A DNA stretch of 64,000 nt, taken from positions 1,488,001-1,552,000 of the forward strand of contig JAMWBK010000003.1 of assembly GCA_029953675.1 (NCBI GenBank), written 5' to 3'. Position 1 is the first letter of the stretch. Each line of letters begins with the position of its first letter. The position numbers were made by a program, and so were the translations under genes. Source of the stretch: Rhodosorus marinus CCMP1338 (lineage: Eukaryota; Plantae; Rhodophyta). Of this stretch, positions 36,332 to 47,938 are shown piece by piece. The notes below the pieces were generated by a model, which ran no database searches, had not been told where the DNA came from, and was given only the letters and a program-made list of their open reading frames with translations.

Positions 36332-37346
36332 TCAGGACTTTTTAGAGCTGTGAGCGATCAACCACTGTAGTGTGATGTCAATGTTCGTCCGATTCCTAGC
36401 CTAAGAGTAAGTCAAGAATAAGAAAATCAGAACTGCGCGCTTGTGTGCTGGCCGAAACAGCGCTGTGGCAATGTCCATGACGTAATTAATGCTATGCGGA
36501 TTGGGACCCAGATCGAAAGGCTTACCGAGATCGAATATGCGCAAACTTCTCTCCCTTTTAGACTGGCTAAATCACTGCTCATGTAGAAGAATGGCGTTCC
36601 GCCCTGAGTGAGAATTCAACCTGCTTGTTTTGCCGAGACGCTCGGAGCTTGAGCTTGTGCGGATTGCTTACAAAATTTCCGCCAGCTCCTTCTCGCTCTT
36701 GACTGCCGCTGGGAGGTCGCTCTTATTCCCTAGCAACAGAAGAGGGATCCCTGGACCACATGAGACGAAGCTCGTTAGTTCCCTCAACTCACAATGGCCC
36801 AACGAGTACCAGCATCCTTACCTGCAAGCGACGGTTTGCTCAACAGATCGTGCAGCTCCGATCGAGATAGCGCGAACTTTTCCGAGTCCGCGGCATCAAC
36901 AACATATACAATAGCACTTGCTCCAACACAGTATCTATGGACACGAGAATCACAAGAAAGTTTTAGGAGAGCACCGAAGCAGAAGAATTTGAAGGTTCAG
37001 GACATCAACAAACCGCTCCCACATAGCCCGAAAATTTGCTTGACCTCCTAGATCCCACATCTTCAAAGTCACCCCTCCTTTTGAGTACTTCTGCATATTA
37101 AGCCCTCGAGTTGGAATTCTGTCTTCGATCATTTCATTCCTTGAAATCAGAGTTACCAGAGTAGTCTTCCCCGCAGCAGGAAGGCCCAGAATTGACAAAT
37201 CCATCTCTTGTTGAAAGAACATCCTGCAACAAACAATTGATCAAATTTCTGAGAAACACAACCCAAGCCAGCTCGACCAAACACCAGTAGAATTCAGAAA
37301 ACCCTTACCCATAAAGCCAGTCCATGAGATCAGTCCATGACCTCAT
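36332..37346 (-). CDS. ARL8: Arl8-family small GTPase, 6 exons
   Basis: [13 protein letters not shown]|[20 protein letters not shown]...[15 protein letters not shown]|[16 protein letters not shown]...[15 protein letters not shown]|[12 protein letters not shown]...REVCAYSIS|[18 protein letters not shown]. The LF.QEM, ELHDLL.KP.L.GIP and REV signatures are Arl8-specific. Confidence 0.93.
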
Positions 37347-37369
37347 CAACTGACTAACCAGGTCAGACA

Positions 37370-38380
37370 TCTTGTCCTCTTACAACAGAAAGAAGACGAA
37401 ACAGAAAACAACCAACCTCAGATATCAAAAACAGATAATCAGCCACCCTCCTTCCCCCCCAACTTTCGCCTCCCCCACTTCCCCTCCCTCCTCACCCGTT
37501 CCGCTGGTTGTATCCGTTAATCTAACGGATACGTCGACAGCAACACCAACGAACTCCATCTGGGTTTAGTGGATAGTGCAGAGGTCCTCGTTGGTTTCGT
37601 GACCTCTTTCGGAGCGTGACTCAGCTCTTCTTCTTGATAGCGTCTCCTCGCCAAGCTGTCTTTGCACTCTCTCGCGTTTGAAACGCTGCTTTGTTGTTGG
37701 ACGCACGTCATCAGGATCTTGCTTCCCTCTTCACAAGGTAGACTTGAGGAAGACTCATTGAGTAAAGGAAGGGTTTGTTAACAAGTAACTTCTGACGGGT
37801 CCTTCTTGATACATCCCCTTTGGGTTTTCTTCTATAGGTATATATTGAAAATCATGATTACTTGATCGTCAAAAGTATTGCTAAAGAGCAAACGCGATTG
37901 CGTCGCGTTCTCCATGGAGTAGGTTGTGGTCTGTTGCGATGATGCCGTCGGTTTGGGTGGAGGCGATGGGGATGGAGATGAGTAGCTTCAAGTTACTTTT
38001 ATGGGACTGTTGAAGGAAAAGCGAGGATTGAGTAAAGGAGAACTTGGGGGTGCCTGATACGGTTTTGAAAGGACTGGTGACAAGGAAGGATGTCCTAGAG
38101 GGTGATGGTGGTAGATGATGCCAGTGGGTGGGTGGTAAAGAAGTGAGCTTTGACTGAGAAGATAAGACTTAGGGGAGGGGTTAAACGTGGTATGTAGAGA
38201 CGGGTGAGATATTCGTGGTAGCAGATGTGGTGATGTGGTGATGTGGTGATGTGGTGAAGAAGAAAGAATTGATGGATAGCTTTGAAAGAAGGAACAGGAT
38301 AGGATTGAACAGAATTGGGGTTTTGAGGGTTGTCTTGGATGGGAAGCTTGGATGAGGGAATATGAGAGAGTATTTGTGAG
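37370..38380. promoter_or_regulatory. Divergent intergenic/promoter region between ARL8 and VPS35
   Basis: Head-to-head genes with outward-facing G/T-rich leaders on opposite strands. Confidence 0.45.
38224..38255 (+). repeat. (GATGTGGT)x4 tandem repeat in the Vps35 leader
   Basis: Read directly from the sequence. Confidence 0.9.
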
Positions 38381-38382
38381 GG

Positions 38383-40760
38383 ATGTCTGGTGGTGTGAGG
38401 TTTGAGCTTGGGCTTCAGAAGGAGGCTTTGTTGGGTGTATCTCAAACGGGTATGAGATTGGCTGAGGCGATTGAACGTGGATCGTTGGAGGAGGCGGTTG
38501 CTAGAGCTGGAGAGGTGGCTGGACAGCTACGGTTGGATTCCGTGGCATCGTTGCCGATCGAGTTGTATAGCGATGTCCATATAGCGGTTGGGGAGGAGCT
38601 CCAGGTTCTTCAGAGATGGATCGCTTTGAAACGTAGTACACGGTTTTCCGAGAAAGCGCTCCGAAAAGCTCAGGAAAATGCACAAATTGTTCCCAGGCTT
38701 TACGTTACCGTGGTCGTGATCGGGGCTTCCTGCGAGATCAATCCTCCCTCAGCTGTGTATACCTACTCCGACTTGATGGACCTTCTGACAGGTGTTCAGG
38801 ATCCCATCAGAGGGCTCTTTCTTCGCGCTTTCGTCACTCAACATCTACGAAAGTCCTTTTCGGAACTCGGAAGCGCGGAATCGATCAAGTTGTTGATTCG
38901 CAACCTGATTGAAATGACGAGGCTTTGGGTTCGGACCTCTCCGAAGAAGGGAAAGAAGGAAGCACGAGTTCTTATAGGACAAACTCTGTCCGCTCTTGGT
39001 CGACTGGATCTGGATACCGAAACGTACGCAAGGACAGTCCTTCCACGGCTCACGGAAATGATCCTGAGCTATTCCGATCCCCTTGCACAAGAGTACATCG
39101 CCGAGTGTATCGTGCAAGTATTCTCTGACGAGCTTCATCTAAGCACACTGGATAGTCTTCTTGGGATGTGTCAGGGACTGTCTCGTGGTGTTCGCTTGAG
39201 GATCGTAATATCAGCTCTGACCGAACGACTCGGATCGTTTGTCCTACAGTCTCCAGAGAATGCCAAGATGGCCGATAATGCTGAGGCTTTCCAGACGCTA
39301 ACGAGTCATCTACCCGCGATAGAAGCTCGAATGGGAGATAAGCTCAGCGTTGTCGATCGAATAGGCATTTACCTCGCTGTACTCCGCTATACGCTGAAAG
39401 CTGAGCCGGAGCGATTGGAAAACGTCGATAAAGTACTTGTTTATGCCCTTCAGGCCGTCCCCGAGGAGGGCTTTGAACAAGGATCTGAGCAGGAAGAGCT
39501 CGTCGGAAGCGCTCTTACTGAGCCACTCATTGCGAACAAAAGTTTGGCCGCAGCTCTAAAGCTCGAAAGCTATAGGGAGCTGGCCGCGAGGTTGTCCTCA
39601 CAGACCCGAAGGATAGTGGCGGCCACGATGCTCAAATCTGTTACGCAGTTCTCAGCTTGCTTGTCGGACGTGGAAGACATGGAACGGCTTTTCGAACTGG
39701 TGGGTGCACTTGTCGAGGACGAAAGCGCAGAAGATGTTGATGAGGATGCACAGAACCTGGTGGCTAGAATCGTTTTCTTGTTGGATGATTCGGATCCCGT
39801 GAGATTGTTTCAGTTCTATCAGGTGCTGCGCAAGAGACTGGCAAGGGGTGGTTCGAAGAAAGCTCGAATCACGTTCCCATCGCTTATTATTGCCTGTCTA
39901 CGTCTCACAGTGCGACTCTCTAGTAACGAGGAGGAATTCCTAAGGGTTTGTCAATTCTCTATCGAAACCATCAGTGCTCTTGACGAATCAGACCCGCAGC
40001 TTGCACTGAAGATGTATTTAGAAGGGGTCGCTGCGGCAGCTAGCTCTGTGCGGCTTGCGTCACAGGTCATGTATGACTTTGCTGCTCACGCGATCGTCCT
40101 TTACGAGGAGCACATGAGCAATCACGCTCGACTTGGCTATGAAATGATCGTGCTCATCCTTGGCGCAATTGGAGCAACAGCAACGTCCTTCCACGACACT
40201 GACTTCAAGACTCTAACTAACCGATTGTGTAAGCACTCGGCTTGCCTTCCTGACGACCTCCAAAGGTAATTCTTCCCCCCCCCGCCCCCACCGTCATCCT
40301 CGCCCCTCCTACCAGTATCCCAGCTGAACCTAAGACTTTACTGTGCGCCGGGAACAGATGTATCGCGCTTTGCTTGTGTGCGAGGACCTATTGGAAAGCT
40401 TCCATGTTGCGGAGAGAACAGGATCCTTCCTGTTCAGTACTTGATAAGCAGGTTGTTCATTGTCTGATTAAGGCTAGATCAATAGCAACGTCAAGACCGT
40501 CCCGTCAAGAGAAGGGCACCACTCTTCTCGAAGTCTTCGGAACAGTCTCATTCCTGTGGGAATCCAGGTGTCCTCTGAACTACAAGGAGTGGGTGATTGA
40601 TATGCACGAGGAGGTGCAAAACTGCTTCGGAGCCAATGATTCCAAGACAGCTCTGTTAACGGCGCACATTGAGAGATTCAACGCCCAACGATTTTCGCGC
40701 CTATCGGCGTCCATCAAGGACAGCGAAGAGCTCAGCGTCCCCAACGGTTCCCTTCACTGA
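38383..40760 (+). CDS. VPS35: Vps35-family retromer subunit (divergent), about 761 aa
   Basis: IVPRLYV, GVQDPIRGLFLRAF, LIRNLIEMTRLWVR, LIGQTLSAL, VLPRLTEMI..YSDPLAQEYIAECIVQVFSDELHL.TL. Intron 40266-40357 gives QR|CIALCLCARTYW (about QCR.V..CSHLFW). Confidence 0.85.
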
Positions 40761-41520
40761 TCACATGCCGTACTACGGAATCGAGGACGAACTACATGGC
40801 CGGATGGGTTCATAACTTTGAGAGATTTTGTAAATGTATAGATGTAAATTTATTCATATATCCTTAATCCAATAGGTCGAAGGCAGAGGAGTGCAAACAA
40901 GGTCAGGCTCACTTGCGCTTTCCCCTGTCCCACCGCGTACGTGTTGACAACCCCTGAGCACGAAGCGGACCTTCTGAACTAACCCGTGTAGCACCTACAT
41001 CACCTGCCCCGGTTCGGGTGCAGCGCTTCCGACGTTGCTGAGTTGTTTTACAGAGTATAACCCACAACGAATCTGCCAACCTTGCGATACCGGAGACTCT
41101 AAACGAACAAGTACCGGAGCTCAAGACTCGTCCTTCGGTCTCGAGGGTTAGTCCATTTCAGGAGCATCGTGGTGCTCTCAGCGCATGGACTTGGCATCCT
41201 GCCCATGAAAGACAAACAGGTGTGTATCGATATCTTTGATACCAATCAGCCGTGGTTTGGGACTCCCATGGGAACGAATGCTGTTTCCTCTCTAAGCTTG
41301 GATCAATTCAGGCGGATTACAAAACACGTCTTGGTTTACTTTATTACTTGCATAAATGAGGGGCAAACTATTTTATAAACAGGATCAACAGGAGTTTCAT
41401 ATTGTTCAGGATCAGTGAGATGGTGCTAATATAAACAAGCTCATCTCACGTTGTATATAGGCAGAAAACGCATTTTTGCATGTTCGTACACTTATCCACG
41501 GCTGACAAAAGTGCAACATA

Positions 41521-43408
41521 TTATGGAAGCGATTTGCCAATGCAATGCCTCATGTTCCCAATATGGGGGTGCGACTGAATCACACCCTGACCTTTGTACT
41601 GCACATGTGCAGCCGTACCCAACTCGGCCACTCTATGCATCTCCTCGCTTCGGATTTGTATCTCAAGGGGAAACTCACCAACATCCGTCTGTATAGCCAC
41701 TGTGGTGTGCAGTGATTGGTATCTGTACAAGGCAATCAAAAATCCAACCAGGTGGGTTAGCAAATTCGCTCCCAACCACGGTAAGAGGTTTTCGCGTACG
41801 TACCCATTCTCCTTCGGATGCTTAATATAATCCTTGACCTTCATGTCCTTGTACTCATCCCACTTGCCCTGTACGAGCCCCATAGCTCTGTAGCAGGAGA
41901 TCTCACCATCACTGTCAGAAACGCGTCCACCCCATCGTGGGGTAATAATAACTCGAAGTGCAAGCACGTCCAAAACTTCGTCCAGTGAAAGGCCTTTCTT
42001 CTCCATCTTCTTGTGGATAGAATACAGGCTCTTTTGCCTCCCGGACACTTTAACACAAGACACCTGGGGTACAACAAATGACGGCGAACGTCAACACTCA
42101 TTCACATCAACAACTACTCATATCAGGTTCTTGGGCTTCGGCAAGGCTATGTACTTACATACGAGCGTAGCTGGGGATCGTCCCACAGCAGAGACTCTAC
42201 CTTTCTTCTAGACTCGTCTAGGACCTCAGCAAACAAAGATGTCTTCTCTTTCACAGCTTCTTTCAATCTTTCGTACTCCTCTGGGTGACTAACTTCAAAT
42301 GCCCGCTCCTCCAGTTCCCGCTGCAACACCGCGAACCCGCATGTATGTGCGAGAGGGGCATAGAAAGAGAGGGTTAAATCCGCAAAGGACTTGAGCCTTG
42401 TTCTCGAGGACTCATCCAAAGACGAGATTGACCAGCGGAGGTGCGTCAACGCGTTCACAAGCTCAATCGCCACAATTCGAAAATCACAAAGGTTTTCCAA
42501 GACCTCACTCAGCTGTGCCTCGGAGAGCTTTTCAGAGGAAGTATTCCTCATCAACCTCTCGTGAAGGCCCTTGCGAGATTCCACGAGCCGGGTTACCTCC
42601 GGGTCCAGCAGAGACGTAAGCTGGCTCGATGGTTTTCTCAAGGCTGAGACGACACCTGCCAACAGAGTCTTGTGATCGAGCTCCAGGTCGGCAAGGAGCG
42701 AGAAGACACCCTTACACCGTACCAATTCATCTTTGGACGTGCAACTCTCGATCGCGAGGGTCAGCGCCTTCCGAGCCTTGTATTTCGCCATACTGTTCAG
42801 GTATGCCAGCTTCTCATCCAATTCTCCGAAAGCAGACTCGAACGCAGGGAAAGTTACTCCAGAACCCAAACCCACTCGCGCGGAATTTCCGCTCGGCAGG
42901 GTTTTCGCTGGGGTGAGGGAAGCCAGGTTCGAAACCGGCGAGAAAACATATCTACTTATGGTACTCCTCATCACCTCATCCTCCTCCTGCATAGAAAGCA
43001 CAATAGGCGTGTTTAAGCGCATTTTCTTCTTCTGTCGCAAGTTGGTTGTTGAAGCTCGCGGAGAAAGTTCTCTCCTCTTACCTCAGAGTCCTCTCCGGCG
43101 AGAAATGGCGTCCCAGGATCGGTATAAAACGGTATACTCGCTGGCGAATAACCGGAAAACGAGAAATTACCGGTTACCGGCTCCTCAACGTCAGTTACGG
43201 ACATCATCATTTCCCGCTTTTGAAACCCATGCCCTGCTCGAAAGTCCGGCAACTGCCCCCTTACTGAGCTTGGCGTGTTTGATGCTGACCCATGAAAGAA
43301 GGAACCCGAAGAAGAAGAACATATCTCACTCTTCGAAGATGGAATTGGCATGGGAGCCGACTTGCCAATCGGCTCCAAAAAAGCTGCCCGCTGTCCCTCC
43401 GCATTCAT
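41521..43408 (-). CDS. RSH: RelA/SpoT homolog, (p)ppGpp synthetase with degenerate HD domain and no TGS/ACT, about 538 aa
   Basis: Exons 43408-43082, 42986-42159, 42063-41804 and 41722-41521. Synthetase motifs GRQKSLYSIHKKM, DVLALRVI, KDYIKHPKENG|YQSLHT, EIQIRSEEMH..AELGTAAH..YK are intact. The HD site reads LLAGVVSAL instead of AAGLLHD. Confidence 0.92.
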
Positions 43409-46400
43409 ACTTGCGCTTCTACTCTAAACCCCGAACCAAAAAAAACAAAAAACCTACAAACCTCACCTCACTTCCCCGAACCCCCCAAAAAATCCACAAA
43501 AAAAGCTACTCACCTCCTCACTCATCCAAACATCCTCACATGAACCATTTGCTCAAAACCTCATCAACATACCAAAAGCGCAAATGCTAAAGGCTTACCT
43601 CCCAAAACACCTCTCTTCAAACCTTCCCACTTACTACACATATCCTACAGACCTTCCCCATCCTCTCCACTCATCTAAACAACCTTGACCAGTCTCGCCC
43701 ACATCTCAGAACCCTTTCTTGGGACCTTAGCCATCTTAATCTACCCAACCCCTCACCTTCTTCTCAAAGCTTCCACCCCCTTTTTCTTTTGCTGGCATCC
43801 TAAGCACTCCATAAACACAAAAAAAAAAGAAAAAAAGGCATACTCATGCACATGAGTTAACCTCTCCATCCACCCCCGGGGACATTGTGCTCCTTCGCGT
43901 TGCGGAATACTTCTTATTGAGAATAGAACTACCCTTATGAAAATGTACACGGAGACTAAATTGTCTTAAAATATTACTTAATTACTATACTCATGGGTTA
44001 ATGGTGTTGAGAACCACCCCCTGCAGAGATATATTCTTGCTGACTGTTCCCGCTTAGATTAGTAAGGGTTCTGAGGGAAGGGGGAGAGCTGAGGGTGAAC
44101 AAGATGCTAGAATTTAAAAATGCATAAGTCTTCGATATTTTTGAGGAGTGATTTGACAACGGGTGAATTTGATTTTCGTGATCAATGCAATAGTAAAGTT
44201 TCATTCGGTTTTTTAAAAAAGGTTCTATTTGGTTTTTTCTCTCTACCTCGTTAACAGGAGGAGAAAGAACGAGTTCATGAATGTTATGATCATTTTAGAC
44301 GAAATAAAATTCGCGATCGTCTTCCTAAAATTTCGGTCCATTGACGGTTCCAGACAGCCAATCAATGGAAGCTCATCTCGCCTTTCCGTTGAAATTTTTT
44401 TCTTCGTTAGCTAATAACGCTCATTGAAATTTTCCCACTGACAACTTACTTTTGGATACGTTTGAAAAACAAAAAAACGTTTCTTGGGGAGGGGATTTTC
44501 CGATATCACATCATTCATACACATTTTGGTACCAAAATTGAGGGTTCTATTGGAATCAACCCCTCACTCCACCCCCACACGCTTTCTCCCACCTTGAGAG
44601 ATTCATCCAATTCCATATAGCAAAATCGCATTGCAGGAATGGTGTGTACAGAAAAAGGAAAATTGGATATTGCACCCACAAAGCACATACGCAGCAAGCC
44701 GTTGCGTATTAGATACTATTTTCATAAGAGGGAAAAGAATTTTGGAAAACCATTTTTATTGGTTTGCAAAGTATGCCCGTTGCCCCTGGGCCGGCCAACG
44801 TAATATATATACGTCAGACGCATATTAGCTGGTAAAAACGTTTGCCGCTCTTTGAATGCAGAAAATGCATTTGTGGAATGTCAGCAGATGGTGTGGGAAG
44901 GGGCGGTTGCTTGCTGTCTATGCAATTTGCTGGCTTCCGATCAGAGCTTCGATGACACCATCGGGTTTGGTTTTGACCTCTAGGGTTTTGGGATTAACAA
45001 GGGTATGGACTGAGCACGAGTGTAGGATGCATTGACTGAGGAAGGAAATCTGGAGGTTCCATTATGTGGTGCGTTTAGACGTCTCTTGGAGCTCAGCATG
45101 ATGGGGGGTGCCTGATGAGATTTAAATATGAACATACCCAACAACCGATTGCATGCGAGGGAATAGATCGCACATAAACGAACAGGACTGAAGAGGCAGT
45201 ATAGTCAAACCGAGGCCGTTCCGGAAAAATTCACGGGCTAGTTAAGACGTTAAGACGCGTTGAAGGGTAAAAGATTCCTGCAGACCAGTCCCGCCTCCAG
45301 TTCGAGTCTCAACCCCCCCGCACTTTCGATCATATCGAGACCAGAGAAACAAACCGCGCTCCTGGGCAACCGTTCAGAGAATCCATTGCCTACCGAGAGC
45401 ATTTCGTCCTACAAAGTTGTCCCATCCTCATCCGCAGAAATCCTACCACGAAATTACTTGAAACGTCAATTCATAGCCGAAAGGGGGACACTGCATTTCT
45501 TCCCTAACTTTGCAGAGGATACAATTTTCCCGCACAAATTACACACCCTTTCGAACTAAGATTAATCCAGATATATGTAAAAATAGCTTTTATTCATTTC
45601 TAATACTATACTTGTAATGGGCAGTTTTTGAAACAGATCTATGAAATCATTAAAAAGTAAATGAATCCTATAATATATCTGGTTCAAACCAATTAATATG
45701 TCGATACGGACTGGTTTTCCCGGACTTTGTCAAGTAAAGTAAAGTCATTGGTAAATCCAATCGGGGATTCTGTTTTGAAGGTTTTGTTTTTCTAGAAAAT
45801 GGTTTGATCCAGTTTTTCCCAACCGTCAAAAAAACTGTGTTGCGGTGGGGGGAGCTCACACATCTTCTTCACCTCGACATGAGGTTGCAAGTCTTTGAAC
45901 AGGTGAGGTCGGCAGCAGGGTAAATGCGGGGCTACCAGTGATATAGGATCCCTGCTGAGCAACCAGCTGGTTGCTGGTCTAAATGGAACATCATTTTCGG
46001 TTAATTGGATACCCGACTTCAGGGAGTAGCCTTTGTAGTTTCTTAGAAGTGCTGCTGACCATCAAGATAAGGAGTGAAGCATGAAATGATAGAGCACGGT
46101 TAATAAATTAGTTCGAGCATTGAATGCGAAGGCGATTGGAGCCGATCGGATGCTTGATGGCAGCTATGGCGCTTGAGGTATTGCCCAAAGCAAGATGATT
46201 TGGCCTGCGTTTCCAGTGAAAAATATATCCCCATGTCATACGCACTGTATTCCATCACTCGGCGAAAGCACTGTCCTTCCCAGTGCCATCTATTGGGAAA
46301 CAAAGAGCATCGATCTTGCGACCTTTCAGTCCCTACGTGTGAGTACGCACTGAAAGGTCTCCCCAGCAAGAGCCTGAAAGTTTGATCGCGCACTGCTTAC

Positions 46401-47292
46401 TACCCCCGTGGAACCGAGTAAGCCTGTTTGCACCAGTTTGGGCACCGCAGCAGCTCAATTCCCCAAGCAGGCGCACATTTCAGAACCCAGTATCCACCCG
46501 GCGGAAGATCCGGCAATATGTCCTACAGGTCAATGTACATAGAAACTCACGTGGAGCAAGTGTATAGAACCCATGAGCGAGCATGCTCCTAGTTCTACGA
46601 TCGAAAACAGTAGTGGTGACTTCTTACTTGAAGTCGTCAAAGCCTTGCATCCCCCATTCCTTCCCCCTCCCCCCCCTCTAATACTCATCACCCCCAGGGG
46701 GCGCCTGAACCAGCTGCGCCATCTGCGCCATCTGCGCTGGGTTCCAGGCTCTCTCCCCAGAAGTAGCCGTCTCCTCCAGATCTCTTCCTGGCGGTGCCCC
46801 CCGAGACGCGATTTCCTCCCCACCATTAGAGCACCCATGCGCGATCGAGATTCCTCCTCATTGTCCTCGATGAGCGTCTCTCTCCAGCCGAACCCCCACC
46901 TTCCTGGGTTCGCCGAAGCTCGCCTTCGGACCTCCGGAGCCCCACTGCGTCCCCGCCAACGCTAGCGAGACCGCTCCCCAGCAACAAAAGCCCAGGCTCG
47001 CAAAGAGTTGTCACCTCCGAGCCAGTCTACATCAGTCTTTTATAATGACTAAAACAGTCAATACTGAACAGCGACGAGATTTTCTTTAGATCGTTTGGCG
47101 GGCGGGCGCGTTGTTTGGGGATCTTGTTAGGGAGGCCCGGCGTGGATTGTTAGTGCTTGGGTCCCTACGAAGCGAGAAGTACAACTAGCTGGTTTGTTCG
47201 TCTTGAACTGCTTTATAATTCTTGTTTGTTCGAGCCTAGTTTTGTGAAGCCAAGTAGATTGAATTTTGATAGGTTGGCTGCAGAAAAGTACG

Positions 47293-47938
47293 ATGAGGAC
47301 CTGCTTTGTCGCGGGATCTATTGATCTCGTTGGTTGTGGTTCACGACTTCGAATTTGCAAGGATTCATGTGGGAAACGGCGGCGTTCGATGATGGCTGCG
47401 GTGGATGAAGAGGACGATCCGATGCTGGCAGATATCGCAGCCATGAAGAAGAGGATGGAGGGGAAAAAGAGTATGGAAAAAAAGAGTGAAGGTAGACTAT
47501 GACAAGCGGCTTTTGATAGCAAGCCTATGCGAAGCAATGGAGTCTTTTATTCAACTGAGGCGCTTTGGTTCCTTTCGCACATGTATCTCAGGAGGAATTC
47601 GTGCTAAAGTTGGACAGGCAACGACTGGAGTGCAAGACTTTGTATCAACGTTGCTGCTGTATAATTTCTTTGCGGTGATCTTCTTCCTCGTTTGGTTGGC
47701 TATTGGAGCTGGAATGCACTTTATTTTTGGAAACAACACGCTACTTGACCCGTAAGTGTGCCAACCAATGTACTTTCTTGGAGCCGAGTCGCCCCTGGAA
47801 AAGCGTACTCTGGCTAAACATCAAAAATACTTCGATACGAGTAGGTGGTTACAAATCTGGACCCCTCTGATTCAGCCCCTGTTGGGTGTGTTAATGTTGG
47901 GGACAATAATAAGTGGTACTATATCCAATATGCGCTAA
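47293..47938 (+). CDS. Plastid-targeted 2-TM protein of unknown function, about 150 aa
   Basis: Exons 47293-47491, 47592-47751 and 47845-47938. Transit-like MRTCFVAG. TM segments LLLYNFFAVIFFLVWLAIGAGM and WLQIWTPLIQPLLGVLMLGTIISG. Confidence 0.75.

Noticed and set aside
42733-43590. 285-aa plus-strand ORF
   Set aside because: Antisense shadow of the RSH gene and its C/A-rich leader; no recognisable motifs.
46240-46300. IDGT tetrapeptide as a possible DDE transposase motif
   Set aside because: Isolated, followed by a stop, and without supporting context.
46320-46359. 11-bp inverted repeat with an 18-nt loop
   Set aside because: Short enough to occur by chance in 64 kb, with no associated element ends.
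46858-46860. Single in-frame TGA in a minus-strand frame, considered as selenocysteine
   Set aside because: The frame has no ATG or acceptor upstream, no redox motif around the TGA and no SECIS that I could identify.
46960-47035. TDVDWLGG resembling the start of Copia RNase H (SDADWAG)
   Set aside because: No other Copia motifs upstream or downstream.
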